In this document: in pieces, positions 24,601 through 36,691 of the stretch
How the letters are laid out: every line of letters starts with the position of its first letter
How positions within the stretch are numbered: position 1 is the stretch's first letter
Assembly: GCF_964355755.1 (NCBI RefSeq)
Contig: NC_092677.1
Span: forward strand, 7,462,101 to 7,526,100
Source: Antedon mediterranea
Lineage: Eukaryota > Animalia > Echinodermata
Direction of reading: 5' to 3'
DNA length: 64,000 nt
Made by a program: the position numbers and the translations under genes
Notes under the pieces: model-generated
The model's database searches: none
What the model was told of the DNA's origin: nothing
The model's input: only the letters and a program-made list of their open reading frames with translations

Positions 24601-27600
24601 TGACGCCATCGTATGGCCACACGAATGTAAAATATAGGATTTTTGTCTCTTTCGTTATTGCTCATCACATTCAACAGAGCGCATCTTGCTTATACGTATT
24701 CCATTTCCCCCAAGATTTTAATATTGTCTGCGTCAATCAACTATCTTTCAAATGAGTTAAAAATATTTTAATTTTGTTGACGTCATCATGTCTTAAAATG
24801 TAAATAACGTGGGTCACTTATTTTCATCTTTACAGAAAATTTCAATCTGTTATAACTCGTCAGAATAAAAAGTGATAATCATGATTAAAATGTTTTCTGG
24901 AAGGTATTAGATTGTAGATACGAATTCATGTCAATATTTTGCCAATCAGATGTTGTGATGATGTCATCATATGGCCAGTTAAATTCAAAAAGTCATATTT
25001 TCATCTCTTGCGTAAAAGTTCATTGCGTTTAAACGAGAGCGCATCTCACTTTCACGTGCCAAAAATTCTTCAAATTTGTATTAATGTAATTATTTAGATA
25101 AAATCTTCTAAAATTGTTATCTTTATATGCCAATTTGATGACGTCATCGTGTTAATAATTGGATTTAAAAGATGGGTCTCGTAATTTCGTCTATGCTACA
25201 CTGTATATAACATACAGTGTATTCTGTAAACACTTTAATATGCTGTATGCTACAAAATAGGTACAATTCAGCACTGTAAACATTCTTAATTCATGTCATA
25301 GGATGGCATAATTGTCGAAGTTCATATAGTTTAAAGTATGTGCATGTTGCGTTTGCGCGGATAACCCGAACTCGTCAAAGTGACGAGTTCAAATCTAGTT
25401 TTATTTTGTTTTCCTTTTTTTTTTTCGGTTGTTTGTGGTTGTTTTCGGTTGTTTATGGTTGTTTTCGGTTGTTTTCGGTAATTAGACTGACCGCCGATTG
25501 ACTGTTGACATGTTGTAGAGAGTAAAGGTAGGCGTAGAGAGGTGGTCATACTCTGTAGCTAGATAGGAGGGTTAGGCTAGTGTAGGAGGGTTAGTAGGCT
25601 AGTGTAGGAGGGTTAGGCTAGTGTAGGAGGCCCCAGGCCATCTGATTCATTCCATCTAACAGCATATATATTTTCAATATTGAATTTTTTTTTAATTACT
25701 AAAATTTAAAAAATCCATTTTTTATTAAATTTTTCAGTTATATCGACATGGAGACAGATCACCTCTATGTGCATATCCAAACGATAAATACAAGGAGGAT
25801 TATTGGCCGCAGGGTTTTGGTCAACTTACACAGGTAAACGATACTTTCAGAATTTAGACTCAATTCCTCCAGTTTTTTCGCTGATCAGAATAGCAACAGC
25901 AAGCACTGAGCATTGAAAAGCTTTCTTCACAATTAAAATGATTACAAGCTCATCTTCTCTTCTTATAGATTGGTATGAATCGGCAGTATGATCTAGGCAA
26001 GTTCCTTCGCACCAGATATGATGATTTTCTGAATGAAACCTACAAGCGATCACAGTTTGTAGTGCGTAGCACTGATGTTGACCGCACACGTATGTCTGCC
26101 CAATGTAATCTTGCTGGACTTTATCCTCCAGTTGGACATCAAGAATGGAATCTGGAACTACCATGGCAACCAATACCTGTCCATGATGTGCCGATATCAG
26201 AGGATTATGTAATTAATTTTGTTTTTTAATTTGTGCTACTCAATACATTCATTCATCGTTTTTTTTTAATATAATGATCTATCAAGACATTCAAATTCAA
26301 TTTAATGTGTAGGTACTAAGAACAGATGGTGTAAACTGTCCATTATATAATAAACTCTTTGAAGATGTACTCAACAGCCCAGAGGTTAAGAAACTGAATG
26401 AAGATAATAAGGTATAAAACCTAATATTTTAATATTAAACTGCTCATTATCTATGTTTCAATTTTCTTTACAATTTTAATATGTACTACATACTGTAAAT
26501 ATGAACTACTTTCCTACGCCAACTGTACTAACACTCTAGTATACACTTGTATTCAGAAATTTCTGGAGAATGTATCAAAAAATGCTGGATATAATAAAAC
26601 TCTTAAAATATCGGAAATAATGCATCTATATGACACAGTGTTTGTGGAGGTAAGAGATACACATCAAATCATTCTGTATTCTGAGTTTATTGTAAATATG
26701 GCATCTATATGACCCAGTGTTTGTGGAGGTGAGAGATACACATCAAATCCTTCTGTATTCTGAGTTTATTGTAAATATGGCATCTATATGACCCAGTGTT
26801 TGTGGAGGTAAGAGATACACATCAAATCCTTCTGTATTCTGAGTTTATTGTATATTATTTATTTTATACTGTTTTCTCTTTGTAATTACAGTATATGCAT
26901 TATTAATAAATCTGATTGTTGCTTGTTAATTATAAATACTGCATAATAATTCTTGTCTAACTATAAATAACAGAACTGTGGTTTCAGTTTCATTTGTTTA
27001 TTTGTCTCTTGTTTTCTTTTTTCCTATCTCTCGATTATTTTATTTAATATTACTGAACTTTTTAAATGAACTTCACAAGATATTTTTTACTGTAGAGAAT
27101 GAATAATTTAACTGAGCCTGGTTGGCTTACAGATGGAGTGTTTACCAACATTAATCATTTGGCAGATATTGGTTTGGCAAATCGATTCAAAGGCAAAGAT
27201 ATTGGGAAGTTAAAAGGAGGTACTATTAGATATGTTTTTAACAATCCAGTTTAAATTTCACATCGCAAATCAACAAATCACCACTCCTTCTTTTTAGACA
27301 ACTTCTAATCATTATTCATTTGTACTTTTTTCAGGTAATTTAGTACAACTGATGAATAAAAATATGAATAATAAGACTAAAGATGAAGATAGTAGGGTTA
27401 GGGTTAGGAAAGAAATGAAAAATTGGCCTCCCCCTATACTTAGAATGGAATAATCCACCTACCCCTAATCATTATTCATTTGTACTTTTTTCAGGTAATT
27501 TAGTACAACTGATGACTGAAAATATGAATAATAAGACTAAAGATGAAGATAGTAGGGTTAGGGTTAGGGTTAGGAAATAAATGAAAAATTGGCCTCCCCC

Positions 27601-29498
27601 TATACTTAGAATGGAATAATCCACCTACCCCTAATCATTATTCATTTGTACTTTTTTCAGGTAATTTAGTACAACTGATGACTGAAAATATGAATAATAA
27701 GACTAAAGATGAAGATAGTAGGGTTAGGGTTAGGGTTAGGAAATAAATGAAAAATTGGCCTCCCCCTATACTTAGAATGGAATAATCCACCTACCCCTAA
27801 TCATTATTCATTTGTACTTTTTTCAGGTAATTTAGTACAACTGATGACTGAAAATATGAATAATAAGACTAAAGATGAAGATAGTAGGGTTAGGGTTAGG
27901 GTTAGGAAATAAATGAAAAATTGGCCTCCCCCTATACTTAGAATGGAATAATCCACCTACCCCTAATCATTATTCATTTGTACTTTTTTCAGGTAATTTA
28001 GTACAACTGATGACTCAAAATATGAATAATAACATTAAAGATGAAGATAGTAGGGTTAGGGTTAGGAAATAAATGAAAAATTGGCCTCCCCCTATACCTA
28101 GAATGGAATAATCCACCTAACCCTAATCATTATTCATTTGTACTTTTTTCAGGTAATTTAGTACAACTGATGACTCAAAATATGAATAATAAGACTAAAG
28201 ATGAAGATAGTAAAATGAAGTTTTATATGTATTCAGCAGTAAGAACAAATATTATTTACGGTATCAAAATTGCCATAGACCATAATGGTTAGTAAATCCA
28301 ATTTACAGTATGTGACCTCCCATACATATCAAAATATTTTATTCTCTGTGGCCTCTCCCAGCTCCTCATAACCTGAAATTAGTAATACTTAGTATTGTAT
28401 TTTATAAGTTACATAGTTTAATAAGACATATTTTCTTTATAGTTTTGTTTGGGGATTTCATAATCATAAATATTTTATTAATGTGATGTCAAAGTGTTTT
28501 TCCTGTTGGCTACAGTATTATTCTGTATTTTTCTTGATTTTCTAATATATTTTTTTTTAGCATGACACAACATTAGTTGCATTCTTATCTGCACTACAAA
28601 TATATAATGGATTTCAACCGCCATATGCTACCTGTGTTGGTGTTGAACTTTGGAAAAACAGCAAAATGTATGTATGTTTGCATTACAAATCTATAGATAA
28701 ACCTAAATCAACTGTTTAATGACAAGAGATCAACATTTTCATTTTATGTAGAAAACACTGTGTCAATAGTATCATAAAAAGGGCTTAAAAATTTACTGAT
28801 TAAAATGAAGCTGAAAATAAGCACCTCGGTCATCTTTTGTTTGTAGATTTAAAGACCTATTTCCTGATTGTGATGTTACAATGTTGTTTTATCTACTAAA
28901 AACACTTTTTTTCCCGCAGGGAGCCTTATGTAAAGATATGGTACAGGAATGATTCTACAACAGAACCATATGACCTATCTATCCCAGGATGCAACATAAC
29001 TTGTAGTTTTAATGACTTTAAGGCTTTAACCAAAGACATATTACCTGGTGATATTAAAAAGGCTTGCCAGTTGTCATCAACCGATCAAATGGGTCAGTTG
29101 GAATTTTTAATAGAAATTTAGAAAAGTGATTTGTATAGCGATTGTATTACACATTAAAATAATAAGTTGCTTACTGAAGCGTAGAAAGAGGAAAAGAAAA
29201 TAAACCAGGAAATACCCTGTTATATAGATACTGACATGTTAGCATTTTTGTCAATGATGCATCTTGATATTTTTATATAATAATAAATTTAAATGTATTT
29301 TTTATATTATTTTGTTTTATAGGTTACTTAATCCCAGTAGCAGTTGGTGTGTCAGTGCTTGTTTTAGTAATTGTTGCACTGTTGGCGTTTAAAGCAATAA
29401 GAAGTACAAATCAGGCCCGTAGCCAGGGGGGTTTTTTGGGGTTCGGGCGAACCCCCCCTTTTGCGCGAACCCCCCTTTTACCAGCGAACCCCCCTTGA
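12689..29498 (+). CDS. Lysosomal/prostatic-type histidine acid phosphatase (ACP2/ACP3-like), type I membrane protein, 10 exons, about 430 aa
   Basis: Exons 12689-12787 (signal peptide, KLLLVNV), 25738-25833 (LYRHGDRSP...WPQGFGQLT), 25969-26208 ([19 protein letters not shown]), 26313-26411, 26557-26649, 27096-27219, 28153-28238 (FYMYSA), 28561-28667 (HDTT, PPYA), 28920-29092 and 29323-29498 (TM helix). All GT-AG and phase-compatible. The 3' end is uncertain (see findings). Confidence 0.9.
14727..17178. mobile_element. IS3EU-like non-autonomous foldback element with about 0.85-kb TIRs
   Basis: TATGG...CCATA termini and 6-bp TSD TATAAT (14721-14726, 17179-17184). Near-identical inverted arms at about 14727-15680 and 16345-17178. 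Confidence 0.8.
18238..20110. mobile_element. TIR element with 5-bp CCTGG TSD (unclassified)
   Basis: About 125-bp TIRs starting GCGCGATTTTTTTTTTCGTACATAAGTTGGGGACCCC. CCTGG lies on both flanks. Confidence 0.75.
18823..19751 (+). mobile_element. Tourist-like MITE, copy C (complete, 929 bp)
   Basis: About 38-bp TIRs CGCCCGTATTC.../...GAATACGGGCG and 3-bp TAA TSD. Confidence 0.9.
21727..23548 (-). mobile_element. TRIM-like non-coding LTR retroelement
   Basis: LTRs at 21727-22538 and 22723-23548 with shared ends, ATAT TSD, and a 184-bp internal region. The internal region has a 19-nt tRNA-Leu PBS (AATCCCACCGCTGCCACCA, 22703-22721) and a PPT (22541-22551). Confidence 0.8.
22905..23490. repeat. 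About 33-bp minisatellite (AACCACCAACAATGGTGTAACCTCCACAGCAACGT) inside the right LTR
   Basis: Degenerate tandem units at about 22905-23030 and 23195-23490. Confidence 0.8.
23823..25398 (+). mobile_element. Non-autonomous Helentron/Helitron-type rolling-circle element
   Basis: 5' GGTTATCC..GGATAACC hairpin and 3' subterminal GCGGATAACC. 3' hairpin GAACTCGTCA-AAG-TGACGAGTTC followed by CTAG|TT. Inserted in a T-run with no TSD. Confidence 0.75.
26619..26851 (+). repeat. 80-bp tandem triplication containing the exon-5 3' end and splice donor
   Basis: GCATCTATATGAC.CAGTGTTTGTGGAG|GT.AGAGATACAC... occurs three times. Confidence 0.9.
27305..28212 (+). repeat. 160/166-bp tandem array containing the exon-7 acceptor and (TTAGGG)-like tracts
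   Basis: TTTTTTCAG|GTAATTTAGTAC acceptors end at 27334, 27494, 27660, 27826, 27992 and 28152. Confidence 0.95.
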
Positions 29499-29520
29499 AA
29501 AACAAAGGCCCCACTTCCAA
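29412..29520 (+). mobile_element. hAT-MITE-like terminus (CAGGCCCGTAGCCAGGGGGG...CGAACCCCCC) within the last phosphatase exon
   Basis: A related terminus occurs at 61264 (CAAGTCCGTAGCCAGGGGGG..CGAACCCCC) and a reverse one ends at 20814 (CTGGATACGGGCCTG). Confidence 0.7.
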
Positions 29521-29643
29521 AATCGTTCAATTAATTATCAATTATAGCAGATTTTTTGGTCATTTTACTTCTATTAGGTATCCCAATGAAAAAATTCAGA
29601 TTAATTTTTTTACTTTTTCTTTCAGTTAACCATAAAGAACTTA

Positions 29644-32600
29644 CGCCCGTATTCTTAAACCGGACTTTAGTCGTAGTTCGAAGTTCGAATTGAAAAAGTC
29701 GTAGTTCGAGCTATTACTTCAAATTCGAATAATAAACGAAGTAGTCGAAGTTTGCAGTTCAACTTAATTAAGTCGAGTTGCACACGTCTGGGTAACAAAG
29801 GCTATACATTGGCCAATGACAAGAGAGTATTTGAGGAGCAGACGAAATTTTGCGCATTGATATCACTTTCCATTTTCTTACAACACTTTTTACGCATCAG
29901 GACTATTAGTCCGGTGGCAGGAGGGGGATATCACCACCCGAAAGGGGACAAATTGCCATCCAACTTTTCTAGACCAGAATTTTCCGTAGATTACGAATAT
30001 GGAAGGTAATCGATCAGGATAAGAAGCGTTTTCGAGATATAAGGGGTCAAAGTTCAAAATTGACCAATATAAAAACATGCTATATCTCTGGAAATTCTGG
30101 ACCTAGTGAGATAATTTTGGTGTCAAATTGTTCACAATGTATATGTTTATATTAGCTCTAACAGAACTTTCTTTGTAAAATTGACAGGAAACTCCATTTT
30201 TAGCAATTTTGACCTTTGACCACTTTTTGCTATATCTAAATAACGGCAGGTCGGAGAGAATTAAAAATAGGAGCAAATTGCTCCCAAGATATACATTTAT
30301 ATTCAGTGTAACAGATGATATTGCTTGAAAATGACCGGAAGTGTGGTTATTAACCTTTGACATAATTGAATAAGGTTTTAAAAACATAAATTAATACATA
30401 TTTGTCGTAAGGAGCCAATTTTGGTATCAAATTGTTCACAATATATATGTTTTTACTTGCCATAATGCAACATTTTTTTTGGGGGTTAATTTTGGGGCAA
30501 ATCCATAAGTGTTCCTTAAGGATCGAGAGTGCACAGGCAGCTTTATTCCATGGGCCGCGCCTGTCTATATGAACTCACAGTGTCACCCCTTATATTTCCA
30601 TTATGGGACTTAATGTCCATCCATCCATGGAGAACGACCGGCCCATAAAATGTTCCTTATGGATGATCGAGGGTGCACAGGGATATTTATTATATCTCTA
30701 TGAACCCACATTTTCACCCCACATACAGTATTTCCAATATAGGGTCGTCTCTTGTAGACCCACATAGAGAACCCCGAAAGGTCAATGAAGGATCGGCCCT
30801 TGGGTTCATTTGGGCAAATCCATAAATGTTATTTATTTAAGATTGAGGGTGAACATTTTAGTTTTATTCCATAGTTCATCTATGAACTATTTACCCCATA
30901 TTAATTTCTAATGCAGGGCCTTATGTAGCACACCACATAGAGATCCCAAAAGGGTCCTTAGAGGGTTCATTCGGGCAAATCCATATGGGTTATTTTAGAA
31001 TCTTTTGTGTACAGGAAACTCTTTCCTGTATGTGCCAAACTATCTGTGGCTATATAAAAATTGTGGTCTGTCTGTGTAGTGAGTTGTGGATTGAGTTTGG
31101 TCACTTGGATCTGCCTATGCCCTATCCTGCATGAATTGGTATTCTCTGGTTCTGATGAATAGTAGTTTATTTTCCAAAAAACGAATATTGTAGCCCTAAT
31201 AAATGCAACTGTATAGTGGCAAATCATTGAAGGTCAGCGTAACATTTTAACCGTCATAATATTAATAATATTAATAATTTTATTATTTATTTTACAGTAT
31301 TATATTAATACATTTAAAATAATGCGCACTAGAAAAAATATAAAAATACCATAACTTCACTGATCAAATAACGTGATTACATTTATGAACATCGATCTCA
31401 TAGTTTGAATAACTTTGCATTATTTAGTATATCACTTGTTCAAATGTTGACCTTTGACCTATGTCAACTTGTGTAATGATAAATGTGCTCTTTTGATTGT
31501 GTATGATTGATAGTATGTCTTAACAGAATGATAAAACATAACATTTTGTCTTAAATGTTACTTTTTATTTGGGTTTATATGCAAATTGTGTGATTGGTCA
31601 ATATTGACATTTGACCTTTAATTGAAAAGTATTTGTTTTATAAGGCGACTGAATAGACACCTATAACCATACAAATGTATTAAAAGACCAAACTGAACTT
31701 CAATAAATTGGTTATAATACATATGTATATAATACATTGTTATAATTTGTCAATTTTGAACTTTGACCCTTATCTCTTCCTATTCGCTTCCTATCCTGAT
31801 CAAAGTCTGATTTGATTAAATACAGTAGGCCTATTATAATTATATTAATCAAAATTATAATGAAATAACATAACTTTACTAATCAAATAATTTGATTACT
31901 TGTAAAACCATCAATATCATAGTTTGGACAACTTTGCATTTATTTTTTAACTAATACGTGTATTAAAATGTTGACCTTTGACCTTATGTCAACTGATGAA
32001 ATTGACCTTATGTCAACTGATGAAATGATGTATTCGCTCTTTTACATTGCGTATGATTGATTAACAGGATGAGAAAACATCCAATTTTTATTAAATATAA
32101 GTTTTTATTTGGTTTTATAGGTACGTTCTATGATTGGTCAATATTGACATTTGACCCTTAATTACAAAGGATTTTTTTTTTCATAAGGTGATTGAATAGA
32201 CACTTATAATCATAAAAATGTAACAAAAGACCAAATTGTGCTTCAATAAATTTGTTATAATACATATACATTGTTGTAATTGGTCAATTTTGAACTTTGA
32301 CCCCTTATATCTCGAAAACGCTTCCTATCCTGATCGATTACCTTCCATATTCGTAATCTACGGAAAATTCTGGTCTAGAAAAGTTGGATGGCAATTTGTC
32401 CCCTTTCGGGTGGTGATTCCCCCCCTCCTGCCACCGGACTAATATACATGAAAAATAATTTTAATCGTTAATTATTAGAACAAGATCAGTATTAATTTAA
32501 CAGTGAAGTACTTTTGATTAACAACAAACCAAATCTTCAAAATATATTTAGGAACCATGGCGTTACGGTAACTTTTATATTTTCTGGGCCCCCAACAAAG

Positions 32601-33055
32601 TATGATCGAGACGAACCACGCACTTCATAGCGTGACAAGAAAGCGCTAGGCCCGCTAAACATTCCATCGCGTGGTGAATTTCCGCATCTGCCATTGTCGC
32701 TATGGCGTGGCGTGTATACAGTTGTAAATAAAGATGATTTTCATTATTATAACATATACCAATGTATATTTAATTAAGCTAATTTCATTCTTCAATATCT
32801 GGCCAATAGGCCTATAACAACTCAATGACTGTTACGTTTTTCATAAACATCGTTTAAAAACAATTTAGTCGACCATTTAGCCTGCCCCCTCCAGGACTAC
32901 TAAAAAAAATCGATCAAAATCCGTCTCGATTTTAGTCGAGGTTGGCCTGAATTAGTCGGCGATTTAGTTGAAGTTCGGTTTATGAATTAAAATGACGTCA
33001 TTTTTTTAAGTTATAGCTCGAACTACGACTAAAGTCCGGTTTAAGAATACGGGCG
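29644..33055 (+). mobile_element. Tourist-like MITE, copy D, interrupted
   Basis: Same TIRs as copy C, TTA TSD. Split at GGACTA(T)|ATACATG. Confidence 0.9.
29907..32441. mobile_element. Long-TIR non-autonomous element (Academ-like), #1
   Basis: TAGTCCGGTGGCAGGAGGGGG / CCCCCTCCTGCCACCGGACTA with about 160-bp near-perfect TIR and TGACCTTTGAC motifs. The apparent TSD is only AT. Confidence 0.7.
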
Positions 33056-33864
33056 TTAATGTAATTAGCATTTTGCAATTTAAATGATTGAAATCCGATT
33101 ACCCGTTCTAAAGTTATGGTTATTTAAAGTGGTAAAAAAATATACGATTTTTTGCCTAAAAATGGTGTTTTTTGCAATTGAAATTGGAAGCATTTTTAAA
33201 AGGTTATAACTTTTACAATAATTAGTTAAAAATTTTGAATTTTGTTAAACCTATAGATATCACAGAGTTGTTCAACTCTATTTTTTTGGAGCCTCAACGA
33301 AACCTATTTTTTAAATTATTGGTCCGCAAAGTGGTAGGAAAGCATTTAGCGCCCATTTTTGCTGGAATTCCCTAAAAAAATGAAAAAACTGCAATTTTTC
33401 AATGATCTACGTAACTTTTGAACTACTGTACTAATTCATTTAATTTTTTTTGTACTTGTTAGAATGTAGTGTATATTTCATTAATAAATATATTTTAGAT
33501 GTGTATATGAAAAAAAAAATTTTTTTTAATGGTGAAATTTAAAATTATAAAAAAAAAAAATGAAAAAGTATGTTAAAAACGGTGTGTACTGTTTCCTTTC
33601 TTTTACACTAATTTTCGGTAAGTATAATTATTAGAATATTTTAATATACTTTATATTTATAATTTCAATCATAAATACTATTATATATAACTTTTGAATA
33701 CGTAAAAAAGGATTTTAGGCCCGTATGATTATGACACCAAATGTAAGCCGGGCTGCTAAGTAAGAATGCTCTTTTAAGGCAAACGCACAATGGGTCAAAA
33801 TAAACTCATTTAAAATAATCAATGTTAATTAAAACAATTAATTTACTACTACTACTACTACAGT

Positions 33865-34702
33865 AACTGTCATATCGCTAAATTTGCGGATGATACTACC
33901 ATTGTAGGTCTAATCAATGATGACAGTGATGAGTCTAATTATCGCAACCAAGTCAAACGAGTTGTAGACTGGTGTAACGAAAACAATCTGTTCTTGAATG
34001 TATCTAAGACTAAAGAAATGGTTGTTGACTTCCGTAAATCACTTAATGTCAAATATCCAATATTTATTAATGGTATATCAGTTGAGTTTGTAGAAGAATT
34101 TAAATTCTTGGGTATTTATATTTCAAATGATCTGAAGTGGCATATTAACACACGTAACATTATTAGAAAGGCCCAAAGAAGAATCTACTTCCTACGTAGA
34201 CTTAAATCATTTGGTATAAACTCTGAAATAATGTCGTCCTTCTATAAGTCAGTTATAGAGAGTGTAATAACGTATTCTTTAACGGTATGGTTCGGTAGCG
34301 CTACCGAAAATGAAAAGCGTGACCTAAATAGAATAGTCAAGACCGCATCGCGTATAATTGGATCTGCACAACTGCCTTTGGAGAACATATTTTCGGATCG
34401 TCTTCTGAAAAAGGCAGTGGCTATCAAAGATGATCAATTTCATCCGGCCTCTAGTATGTTCCAGTTGATGCGCAGCGGTCGGCGATTTCGTTCTATTAAG
34501 GCCAATAAGGCACGATTTACAAATAGTTTCTTTCCAGGATCTATTAGAGCCTTAAATATGATGTAGACACTTTTTTTGGTAATGTTTTTGTTTTTGAGTT
34601 CGTGTTGTGTCCGTTGGTTATTGTGCTCCGCCAACAGAGCAAACAGAATTTCTGTTTTTCCTAAAACAAATGATAATAAATGATACTTAACTTGACTTGA
34701 CT
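33865..34702 (+). mobile_element. 5'-truncated Rex1/Babar-like LINE (RT C-terminal part)
   Basis: KFADDTTIVGLI...WCNENNLFLNVSKTKEMVVDFRK...FKFLG (ORF to 34566). 3' tail is AATAAA followed by (CTTGA)n. Confidence 0.85.
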
Positions 34703-36691
34703 AATTGTTTACCTGAATAGTATATAACATTATAAAAATTGTTTTCTTTTCGTATTATTACGTTATTAAATTGAAATACGGAGCTAAAGTTTAGGCCAAG
34801 TCACGGCTTACTCGCGATCAGTAGTCGCTCCCGTTAAAGTATTTCGGTCGCAGTTAATGACTTTCGACCGCCGTATACAGAGTCAAATGTAACGTTGGTA
34901 AATTAGCTTAATAAATTTCTTCGGTACATTTTAACCTAACGCATTTGCATTGTATACTTGCATAATAAATCTTCCGCACATTACATCAATTTTAAGTTGT
35001 TAAATTAATGTGTAAAACCAGATATTCTACGACGGAATAGGACATGTCAATCTCCGACATCGCTGCTGTCACACATCTCGCGTCGAGCCGGTGTAAGATT
35101 TAAATGTGTCCGGTGTTTGAAAGTGTCCACTGGACAATTTTCAGCATTGAATATTGTAATACTAGCTGTTGAAAATGGCTACAACCACCCGGGCAGCTTT
35201 CATCGATAAAAAAGTAGGACCATCGACATCGACATCATAATTAACCCCGTAAAAACTAGGGCACTGGACGTTCACCAACTCCCGTTAGGGTAATTATAAT
35301 TCCTTAGAATACCAACTTGAATCGCAAAATATCAAGTCGATTGAAATAAATATTACTAATATTATATCTGGAGACATATAGTCTAATCAAATTAAATAGT
35401 TTGTTTTTGATTGAGTATATACAACCTGTTGTCAATTAGAAGTAAATCGACAACTTGAAAAATATATAGCCTACCGGTACTGTATTATTATTTCGAGGGA
35501 GGATATCACTAAATCATATAGGCCTAGGGCCTACCTATTTTCGTTCTCTCGAAATATTATTTCATTCGAATTCGAATTACTAATTCGCGAGAGAACGAAC
35601 TAATTTCCCTCGAAATTATTTCGTTCTCTCGATCATTCCTTGTAATATTCATAATACTGTTACTAATTTAATAATATTAACTGATAACAAAAGTGCTTTA
35701 AACAAGTAAGTTCGTCATTGTTAAAGTGAGTTCTTTTTCATTATATTTTTTTTATTTATTTATCTAAAATACATTTGAAAAATATTGTTGATGCATATTA
35801 CCAAAAAATATTTATTTTTTTATATTTTATATGGCAAAATAAACACCTTAATTGCGCATCATAATTATTCGTTCACTCAAGGGTATTTCGGTTTTTTGTT
35901 TTTTTCGAATAATCTCTCCAAAAAAAACGTCTACCTCTCCTAAAGGACCACTTCTCATAATCGACTACCTTCCGTAACGACCACCTTTTGCAAATTACCA
36001 CCTCTATTGAGGTGGTCACTTACGGGAGTTGTATTCGGTAAAAGAAGTGGTCGTCTACGAGCGGTGGTAGTTTATGAAAAGCAGTCCGTTATGAGAGGAG
36101 GTTATACCCCTTCAGGAGGTTGTCCATTGTGAGAAGCGGTCCATTAACAGAGGTAGTCCCTTTTAAATATTAAAGGTGGTCGCTAACAAGGGTGGTTGCT
36201 TACGATCAGAGTGCTAAGTAAAGAGAAATACATTTGCACATGATTTAGACATTTAGGTTTGTAAAATATATAATATTTTATTAGCTGGCAATATTAACTA
36301 CATTAGCTGTGAGGCAATTTTCGTTACTACATTACCTGTTGAGTTGTACATTAGCTAATGTTGATTTTTATTTAATAAATAAGCTGTTGGTGTTTCTACA
36401 TTAGCTAGTTCTAGGTTTTATTACATGGGTGGATTCGACTTTTCTACACTAGCAGTTTTGAACAGGGCCTACTGTATTAGTTTAAAGGGAATGCTACAAG
36501 TTCTATTATTTTTTTTTATTTATCGTTTTGTGTACTAAAGCGGCAGCATAATCGGTATTTATTTTTACCAGATGTCCAGCAAGGGTAATGTCCCAATTGG
36601 TAATGGCCACAATTGTCAGGTCAACCTCAAAACAGCAGCTCTCGGGAGATATTTCACCTTTTAGTCGTGTTAACTGTCATCTGTCTGTCTT

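Larger units (their letters stand above)
21148..25493. mobile_element. Long-TIR non-autonomous element (MULE-like) hosting an LTR element and a Helentron
   Basis: TIR GGTCAGTCTAATTACCGAAA(ACAAACCGAAA)n. Arms at about 21148-21400 versus 23660-23822 plus 25399-25493. The flanks share GCCGATTG. Confidence 0.7.

Noticed and set aside
27393-28070. True telomere or chromosome fusion site
   Set aside because: Only 2-3 TTAGGG units per 166-bp monomer, with no long or head-to-head tract.
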